Shown here: positions 57,367 through 64,000 of the stretch, one piece after another
How the letters are laid out: the number at the start of each line of letters is the position of its first letter
Numbering within the stretch: position 1 is the stretch's first letter
NCBI GenBank assembly: GCA_040767805.1
Contig: JAXGNU010000005.1
Coordinates: forward strand, 72,152-136,151
Source of the DNA: Thermovirgaceae bacterium
GTDB lineage: Bacteria; Synergistota; Synergistia; Synergistales; Thermovirgaceae
Direction of reading: 5' to 3'
DNA: 64,000 bases
Translations under genes and position numbers: made by a program
Notes under the pieces: model-generated
What the model saw: only the letters and a program-made list of their open reading frames with translations
Databases searched by the model: none
Told to the model about the DNA's origin: nothing

Positions 57367-58662
57367 ATGGAAAAGCGTTCGGATCTATTGTCCTTCGGAG
57401 CACTCGCGGTTATCTCGGCGGCCCTGTTCTCCGGGCATTTCGGCGTGGGAGACGTGATATTCCCGCCGATCCTGGGCAAGGGCGCCGGGGCGGCCTGGTT
57501 CACCGCCGCCATGGGGTACGGGATCATCAACAGCCTGGGGGTCCTCGTGGCCTATCTCGCCGTGGCGCGGCAGCAGAAGACCCTCCTGGAGATGAGCTCC
57601 CGGACCCTGGGAAGGGCCTTCGGCGTGGTCTTCACCACGATATGTATGCTGATCATAGGCCCCGTCTTCATCCTGCCCCGCGTCTCCTCGGCCACCCACG
57701 AGATGGCCGTGGCCCTCTTCTTCCCGAACTTCCCCCTCGTGGTGACGCTGGCCGTGTTCTTCGCCCTGAACTACTGGGTGGCCTGCAACAGGGCCCAGGT
57801 CATCGACCGGCTCGGCAAGGTCCTTTCCCCGGCACTGATAGTCTTCATGGCTATTCTCATCATAAAGGGGATCGTCTCGCCGATCGGGCCCGTCCCGGCG
57901 ACGGGTTGTGAGAACCCCCTCGCCGAAGGGGTCATCAACGGCTACAACACCATGAACGCCCTTGGGGCCGCCCTGTTCGGGGGATGGGTCCTCAAGGAAC
58001 TGCACATGAGGGGCATCACCGACAAGGACGCCCAGACGCTGAACCTCTTCTACATCGGCCCCGCCGTCGCCCTGGCGCTCCTCGTCACCTCCACGGGTAT
58101 CACCTACCTGGGCGCGACGGCCGCCACGGTCTTCCCCGAGGCCGACATAGGCGTCTACACCGTCCTGATCGCCGAGGGGGTGCTCGGGGCCGTGGGCAAG
58201 GCCGTCTTCGCGCTCCTCCTGGCCTTCGCCTGCTTCACCACCTCGGTGGGTCTCACCTCCACCGCCGGCGACGTCTTCCAGGAGATGTCCGGCGGTAAAC
58301 TGCAGTACAAGGCCATCGTCGCGGCCTCCAGCGTCGTGGGCTTCGGGATCGGGACCATAGGCCTCGGCAAGATCGTCGGCTACACCGTGCCCTGGCTTAT
58401 GCTGGTCTATCCGGCTATCATAGTGCTGCTGGTGGGGAGCCTTTTCGACTTCGAGAAGTTCAAGGCCGCCCTCCAGGGGGCCATCGTCACGGCGGTCATC
58501 CTGAGCATCGGCGATTTCCTCGGCGCCATGGGCATGGCCGACAACCCCTTCAGCTCCCTGACGGCGAAGCTCCCCCTCGGGGGGCAGGGCCTGGGGTGGC
58601 TGGTACCGGCCCTCGTCGTCGGCGCCCTGGCGATGCTTTTCGCCGGCCGGTCCAAAAAATAG
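57367..58662 (+). CDS. BrnQ-family branched-chain amino acid transporter
   Basis: FGVGDVIFPP, IGP...PR, GKVLSP, GYNTM and ACFTT motifs. Confidence 0.85.
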   Translation: MEKRSDLLSFGALAVISAALFSGHFGVGDVIFPPILGKGAGAAWFTAAMGYGIINSLGVLVAYLAVARQQKTLLEMSSRTLGRAFGVVFTTICMLIIGPVFILPRVSSATHEMAVALFFPNFPLVVTLAVFFALNYWVACNRAQVIDRLGKVLSPALIVFMAILIIKGIVSPIGPVPATGCENPLAEGVINGYNTMNALGAALFGGWVLKELHMRGITDKDAQTLNLFYIGPAVALALLVTSTGITYLGATAATVFPEADIGVYTVLIAEGVLGAVGKAVFALLLAFACFTTSVGLTSTAGDVFQEMSGGKLQYKAIVAASSVVGFGIGTIGLGKIVGYTVPWLMLVYPAIIVLLVGSLFDFEKFKAALQGAIVTAVILSIGDFLGAMGMADNPFSSLTAKLPLGGQGLGWLVPALVVGALAMLFAGRSKK

Positions 58663-58684
58663 CGGCCCGGGAGGTTGGGACTAT

Positions 58685-59563
58685 ATGAAATTCAAGGGTG
58701 AACTGGATTCAGCGCGGATCATCACGGTCCTCGACGACTACGCCGGGTACGAGACGTCCTTCTTGGCCCAGCACGGTATAGCCATCCTGCTGGAGGCCTC
58801 TTCGGGAGGGGTGTGCAAGCGGGTCCTGCTCGACGCGGGGCAGTCCGCCCTCCCGATACTGCACAACCTGGATCTCCTGGGCATCGACCCCTGCTCGATC
58901 GACGCCGTCGTGATCTCCCACTGCCATTACGACCACACCGAGGGGCTCGTGGACGTCCTCAAGGCCATCGGGCGGGAAAACGTCCCCGTGGTGGCCCACA
59001 CGACGATGTTCAGGCCCAATTACATCTTCGACCCCTTCATCCGCAACATCGGCGTCACCGGGAAGAACGGCCCCGCCGCCATAGAGGAGGCTGGGGGGAT
59101 GCTGGTCCTTGTCGACGAGCCCTTCGAGATCATGCCCGGCGTCATCGTGACCGGCGAGGTCCCCCGGAGGAGGGCCTTCGAGAAGCAGGGGATCGGGACC
59201 TACAACATCGAAGAGGGGAGGGTCGTCCCCGACGAGATCCGCGACGACCTCTCCCTGGCCGTGAAGGTCAAGGGGAAGGGCCTGGCCGTCATCTCCGGCT
59301 GCAGCCACGCCGGCATCATCAACATCATCGACTGGTCCAGGGAGATCGCGTCGGAGCCCAGGGTGGACCTGGCCATCGGCGGCTTCCACCTGATCGAGGC
59401 CTCGCCGGAAAGGATCCGGGATACCGCCCAGGCCTTGAAGGACCTCGACGTGGGCAAGGTCGTCACGGGCCACTGCACGGGCCTGGCCGCCCTGTGCGAG
59501 TTTTCCAGGGTGCTGGGGGACCGGTTCGAACAGCTCCACGTCGGGACCACGATAGAGCTTTAA
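58685..59563 (+). CDS. MBL-fold metallo-hydrolase
   Basis: SHCHYDHT, GCSHAG, GGFH and HCTG motifs. Confidence 0.88.
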   Translation: MKFKGELDSARIITVLDDYAGYETSFLAQHGIAILLEASSGGVCKRVLLDAGQSALPILHNLDLLGIDPCSIDAVVISHCHYDHTEGLVDVLKAIGRENVPVVAHTTMFRPNYIFDPFIRNIGVTGKNGPAAIEEAGGMLVLVDEPFEIMPGVIVTGEVPRRRAFEKQGIGTYNIEEGRVVPDEIRDDLSLAVKVKGKGLAVISGCSHAGIINIIDWSREIASEPRVDLAIGGFHLIEASPERIRDTAQALKDLDVGKVVTGHCTGLAALCEFSRVLGDRFEQLHVGTTIEL

Positions 59564-59580
59564 GCCTATCGGCTGTTCCC

Positions 59581-59614
59581 AAGGCGGCGCCCGTCCCGGA
59601 GCGCCGCCTTTTTT
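59581..59614 (+). terminator. intrinsic terminator
   Basis: AAGGCGGCGC...GCGCCGCCTT followed by TTTT. Confidence 0.7.
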
Positions 59615-59638
59615 CAAAATGAAAGGGGCTGAGAGGGG

Positions 59639-60049
59639 ATGAAAAAGATCCTGATCCTTTCATTGGCGGTTTTGTTGTCGCTCCCGGCGGCATTGCCGGC
59701 CTCCGCCGGCGGATGCGCCCCCGCGTCCGAAGACCAGGAGCGAAGGGGCATCGTCGAGGCCCTCCAGGCGGAACTGTCCGAGACCCTCGGCGTCGAGGCC
59801 GAATTCGACTTCAACTGGTTCGGCGTCGAAGACGGGTGGGCCTGGGTCGAGACGGAACCCCGGTCGGCTGACGGCCTGAACCGTTACGAGCCCTTCCTCG
59901 CGCTCCTGAAAAAGGATGGCGATACCTGGGTCATCGTCGATGTGCCCGCCCTGGAGGAGGACTCCCCTCCCGTCGATGACGCCTACTTCAGGGGGCTCAT
60001 GGAGGTCCACCCCGGCCTGCCCGAAGGGATCTTCCCCTGGGGTGAATAA
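59639..60049 (+). CDS. hypothetical secreted protein
   Basis: Signal peptide; RBS. Confidence 0.6.
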   Translation: MKKILILSLAVLLSLPAALPASAGGCAPASEDQERRGIVEALQAELSETLGVEAEFDFNWFGVEDGWAWVETEPRSADGLNRYEPFLALLKKDGDTWVIVDVPALEEDSPPVDDAYFRGLMEVHPGLPEGIFPWGE

Positions 60050-60121
60050 TGCCCCCGCCGCGGCGGGCGGCCCTCCATGGGAGGCCGACCGATGACGGTC
60101 CGGGATAACCCGGGAGGAGCA

Positions 60122-61642
60122 ATGGGCAGGAGCTGCGGCGTCCTTCTTCCCGTGGCCTCCCTTCCCTCCCGGTGGGGCGTCGGCGACCTGGGGAGGGGGG
60201 CCGGCCTTTTCCTGGACTTCCTTTTTTCCTCGGGCCAGGGCCTCTGGCAGGTCCTGCCCCTTTCGCCCACCGACCCCGCCCAGGGCCACTCGCCCTACAG
60301 CGGCCCCTCGGCCTTCGCGGGGAATACACTTTTCATCAGCCCGGAACTCCTTGTCGAGGAGGGCCTTCTCCATCCTTCGGACCTCGAAGGCCACGAGCCC
60401 CTGGGGGGCGGCGCCTGTGATTACGAGGCCGCCGCCGGTCTTAAGCGGGCCCTTTTCAAAAAGGTCTTTGAGAGGTCCGGCCTCATCCCCGGGGAGGAGT
60501 ACCGGCGTTTTCGCGGGGACAACGCCTTCTGGCTGGAGGACTACGCGCTCTTTTCATCCTTGAAGAGGTCCCTGGGGCTCCCCTGGTACCATTGGCCCGC
60601 GCCGCTGCGCGACCGGGACAGGGTCGCCCTCGAGGAGGCGAAGAGGGGCCTGGCCGACGAAATAGAAAGGGAGGTCTTCCTCCAGTTCCTCTTCTTCCGC
60701 CAGTGGGAGCGCCTCCACGGCCTATGCCGGGAGCGGGGGGTCCGGGTGATCGGCGACGTGCCGGTCTACGTCAGCCACGACAGCGCCGACCTGTGGGCCC
60801 ACCGGGAGATCTTCGACCTCGACGCCTCGGGGCGCCCCTCCAGGGTGGCCGGCGTCCCCCCCGACTACTTCTCGGCGAAGGGGCAGCGGTGGGGCAACCC
60901 CGTCTACCGCTGGGACGCCCTGGAGCGGGAAGGTTTCAACTGGTGGCTCCAAAGGCTCCGTCACGGGCTGGCCCTGTTCGACCTGGTCCGTATAGATCAC
61001 TTCCGGGGCCTGGTGAAATTCTGGTCCATCCCGGCCCGGGAGGATTCCGCCGAGAAGGGCGAGTGGGTCGACGCCTCGCCGGGGGTGTTCTTCGAAGCGG
61101 TGCGGGAGTACTTCCCGGCGCTCCCCTTCATCGCCGAGGACCTGGGTCACATCACCCCCGACGTAACGGCTCATATCCGGGACCTGGGCATCCCCGGTAC
61201 CCTGGTGCTGCAGTTCGCCTTCGGCGCCGGGTTCGATAAAAGCCCCTACGCCCCCCAAAACCACCGAGAGAACGCCTGCGTCTTCACGGGGACCCACGAC
61301 AACAACACCGCCCGGGGGTGGTTCGAATCCGAGGCGACTCCCCTGGCGCGGGAACAGCTGTCGGCCCTGGTGGGAGGTGCCGTGACCGGTGAGGACGTCT
61401 CCCTCAATATGGTGGAACTGGCCCTCTCCTCCCGGGCGAGGTTCGCCCTCTACCCCATGCAGGACCTCCTCGGGCTGGGCGCCGAGGCGCGGCTCAACAC
61501 CCCCGGGAAACCCAGGGGCAACTGGCTCTGGAGGGTGGAAGAGGGACAATTGCTGAACGCCCCGGCCGGCGAATTGGCGGCGATGTCGGCCGCGCACGGC
61601 CGCTTATCATCGGGGAGGCAAAACCCGCCCGGGGTGAGATAA
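60122..61642 (+). CDS. malQ: 4-alpha-glucanotransferase
   Basis: WQVLPL, GVPPDYFS, RIDHFRG, IAEDLG and THDN motifs. Confidence 0.93.
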   Translation: MGRSCGVLLPVASLPSRWGVGDLGRGAGLFLDFLFSSGQGLWQVLPLSPTDPAQGHSPYSGPSAFAGNTLFISPELLVEEGLLHPSDLEGHEPLGGGACDYEAAAGLKRALFKKVFERSGLIPGEEYRRFRGDNAFWLEDYALFSSLKRSLGLPWYHWPAPLRDRDRVALEEAKRGLADEIEREVFLQFLFFRQWERLHGLCRERGVRVIGDVPVYVSHDSADLWAHREIFDLDASGRPSRVAGVPPDYFSAKGQRWGNPVYRWDALEREGFNWWLQRLRHGLALFDLVRIDHFRGLVKFWSIPAREDSAEKGEWVDASPGVFFEAVREYFPALPFIAEDLGHITPDVTAHIRDLGIPGTLVLQFAFGAGFDKSPYAPQNHRENACVFTGTHDNNTARGWFESEATPLAREQLSALVGGAVTGEDVSLNMVELALSSRARFALYPMQDLLGLGAEARLNTPGKPRGNWLWRVEEGQLLNAPAGELAAMSAAHGRLSSGRQNPPGVR

Positions 61643-61682
61643 TGAACGCACCGAGCAAGAGAGAGGCAGGGGGTATCGAAGC

Positions 61683-63419
61683 ATGCCGAAGATGAACTAC
61701 GGCAACAACATCGGTGTTTCACTGCGCTTCATGATGGAGCAGGACCCTTCGTTCCGAACGGTGGCGTACTTTTCCATGGAGGTCGGGCTTAAGGCGGGCA
61801 TACCCACCTACTCGGGCGGACTGGGGGTCCTGGCCGGGGACATCCTTAAAAGCGCCGCCGACCTGGGGGTGCCCATGGCAGGCGTCACGCTGCTCTACCG
61901 CAAGGGCTACTTCCGGCAGGCCTTCGACGACTGCCTCCAGGAGGCCCTACCCGTCGAGTGGGACCCCGGGAAGGAACTGACCCTCCTGCCCAACGAGGTC
62001 ACGGTAATCATCGAGGAACGGATCGTGAAGGTCCGCGCCTGGTGCCTGGAGATACAGGGGAGGACGGGGTTCACCGTCCCGGTCTACTTCCTGGACACCG
62101 ACCTCGACGGCAACACCCCTGAGGACCGGGAACTCACGTGGTACCTCTACGGGGGGGACGAGCGCTACCGCCTGTGCCAGGAGATCATCCTCGGCTCGGG
62201 CGGCCTGAGGATGCTCCGCGACCTGGGTTACTCCAACATCGACGACTACCATCTCAACGAAGGCCACGCCGCCTTCCTGCTGCTGGAACTCATACGGGAG
62301 ATGGGCTACGAGAACTACGACCGGGTCCGGGAGAGGGGCATCTTCACGACCCACACGCCGGTTTCGGCGGGCCACGACCACTTCAGCTGGGACCTGGTGA
62401 ACCAGGTGATGCACCGCTCCATGGCCGGCCGGTTACGGAGGATGATGCCCACCGATGACGTCTCCATGACGGAGATAGCCCTGCGTTACAGCCACTACAT
62501 AAACGGCGTCTCGGAAAAACATGCCGAGGTCAGCAGGGCCATGTACGGGAGGGAGGACGTGGACTGCATCACCAACGGCATCCATTCGCTCACGTGGGTG
62601 AGCCCCGAAATGGCCCTACTCTTCACGAAATACATCCCCGGGTGGGATAACGCCCCCGAGCGGCTGGTCAAGGCCTCGCAGATTCCCGTCGAGGAGATCC
62701 GCCTTGCCCACGGGGCGGCCAAGAGGAGGCTGCTGGACTACGTGAAGGCTACGACGGGGAAAGACCTCGACCCCGGCATGCTCACCATCGGGTTCGCCCG
62801 GAGGGTGGCCCATTACAAGAGGACCGACCTCGTCCTCCGCGACGCCGAACGGTTGGTCAAGGCCGCCGGCGGGAAGGTGCAGTTCATCTTCTCCGGCAAG
62901 GCCCACCCCCAGGACGGCCCGGCCCGGGAGGTGCTGAAGAAACTGCTCTGTGAGGCCCAGAACATGGTGGGCACCGACACCCCCGTCGTCTTCATCGAGG
63001 ATTACGATATGGACAAGGCCGCCCTTCTCGTGCAGGGCGTCGACCTGTGGCTCAACAACCCCATCAGGCCCCGGGAGGCCTCCGGGACGAGCGGGATGAA
63101 GTGCGCCCTCAACGGCATCCCCAACTTCTCCGTCCTGGACGGGTGGTGGATCGAGGGATGCATCGAGGGCGTCACGGGGTGGAGCATCGGTCCCGAACCG
63201 AAGGAGGGCATCGACGACCGGTACGACGACGCCGTCGACCTCGACGACCTCCTGGAGAAACTGGAGAAGGTGATCATCCCCGCCTTTTACGATACCCCCG
63301 ATGAATGGGGCAAGGTCATGCGTGGGGCCATCGCCCTGAACGCCAGCTACTTCAACACCCACCGCGTGGTGCGGGAGTACTGCGAAAAGGCCTACGGCAT
63401 ACAGATGAGGGGACTTTAA
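61683..63419 (+). CDS. glgP: alpha-glucan phosphorylase (short form)
   Basis: YSGGLGVLAGD, NEGH and EASGTSGMK motifs. Confidence 0.92.
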   Translation: MPKMNYGNNIGVSLRFMMEQDPSFRTVAYFSMEVGLKAGIPTYSGGLGVLAGDILKSAADLGVPMAGVTLLYRKGYFRQAFDDCLQEALPVEWDPGKELTLLPNEVTVIIEERIVKVRAWCLEIQGRTGFTVPVYFLDTDLDGNTPEDRELTWYLYGGDERYRLCQEIILGSGGLRMLRDLGYSNIDDYHLNEGHAAFLLLELIREMGYENYDRVRERGIFTTHTPVSAGHDHFSWDLVNQVMHRSMAGRLRRMMPTDDVSMTEIALRYSHYINGVSEKHAEVSRAMYGREDVDCITNGIHSLTWVSPEMALLFTKYIPGWDNAPERLVKASQIPVEEIRLAHGAAKRRLLDYVKATTGKDLDPGMLTIGFARRVAHYKRTDLVLRDAERLVKAAGGKVQFIFSGKAHPQDGPAREVLKKLLCEAQNMVGTDTPVVFIEDYDMDKAALLVQGVDLWLNNPIRPREASGTSGMKCALNGIPNFSVLDGWWIEGCIEGVTGWSIGPEPKEGIDDRYDDAVDLDDLLEKLEKVIIPAFYDTPDEWGKVMRGAIALNASYFNTHRVVREYCEKAYGIQMRGL

Positions 63420-63423
63420 AAAA

Positions 63424-63498
63424 AGTGTGAAGTGTGAAGGGTGAAGTTTGAAAGGAAAGCCAGAAGGAAAAGTTTGAAGTTTGAAGTTAGAAGTGAGA
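63424..63498 (+). repeat. two arrays of 7-bp repeats (AGTNTGA-like, 4+4)
   Basis: AGTGTGA AGTGTGA AGGGTGA AGTTTGA ... AGTTTGA AGTTTGA AGTTAGA AGTGAGA. Confidence 0.8.
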
Positions 63499-63618
63499 AA
63501 AGGGAAGCAGGGAGCCGAACTTAAAGGGCGAAAGGCAAGTCCAGTGGAAGGGACGAAGAAAAGGGTAATTTGGAACCGGCTATCCTGGAAGTAGTTTTTC
63601 CTCTAGAAGGAGAAAAGA

Positions 63619-63975
63619 ATGAAATCCAATATTCCTCAAAGGACCTTCGAATTTGCCAGAGAAATAATCGCCTTATGCATTGACCTGGAAAAGCAACCAG
63701 GAGTATCTAGGATTATCGGGCGACAGCTTCTTCGTTCAGGTACTTCGGTTGGAGCTAATATCGAAGAAGGTCAGGCTTCTCAAAGTGATGCAGACTTCAT
63801 CAACAAATACAGTATAGCTTGCAAGGAAGCCCGTGAGACCCGTTATTGGCTTCGTCTGCTTGCTGCTTCGGCAATCGCACCTGGAGAAACGCTCGATAGG
63901 ATTGATACAGAATGTAATGAGATCATTGCTATCTTGACCAGTATTATCAAGAAAATGAGAGCAAAGCTGAAATAA
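63619..63975 (+). CDS. four helix bundle protein (23S rRNA IVP/Avd-like)
   Basis: QLLRSGTSVGANIEEG and KEARETRYWLRLL motifs; low GC. Confidence 0.9.
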   Translation: MKSNIPQRTFEFAREIIALCIDLEKQPGVSRIIGRQLLRSGTSVGANIEEGQASQSDADFINKYSIACKEARETRYWLRLLAASAIAPGETLDRIDTECNEIIAILTSIIKKMRAKLK

Positions 63976-64000
63976 AGACACGGTTTTGGAGAACCGAGGG

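Noticed and set aside
63619..63975. Diversity-generating retroelement
   Set aside because: No reverse transcriptase or TR/VR pair in the window.
1..64000. tRNA/rRNA genes, prophage, defence systems
   Set aside because: No recognisable signatures by eye; a covariance-model scan was not possible.

Overview
GC-rich bacterial chromosome segment at the replication origin. The lineage is probably an anaerobic amino-acid fermenter such as Synergistota; this is inferred from gene content (AsmA/TamB-like protein, TRAP transporters, Grd-family selenoprotein). It contains the 5' end of dnaA, DnaA-box clusters, two perfect parS sites, rsmG-parA-parB, pckA, a serine biosynthesis operon, a nitrilase/RidA/TRAP catabolic cluster, a CpxRA-like pair with a Spy-like repeat protein, proC, and malQ/glgP. 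A lower-GC island carries two intact IS elements and a 10-gene operon ending in a glycine-reductase-family component B with an in-frame UGA and a SECIS-like hairpin. The best candidates for new biology are two short leader peptides absent from the ORF track that look like ribosome-mediated attenuators for unusual amino acids: an 8xSer leader before the ser operon and a Pro-rich leader before proC. The orphan selenoprotein reductase operon with opine dehydrogenase, two cyclodeaminase-family genes and serine dehydratase is another. All calls come from reading motifs by eye; no database searches were run.
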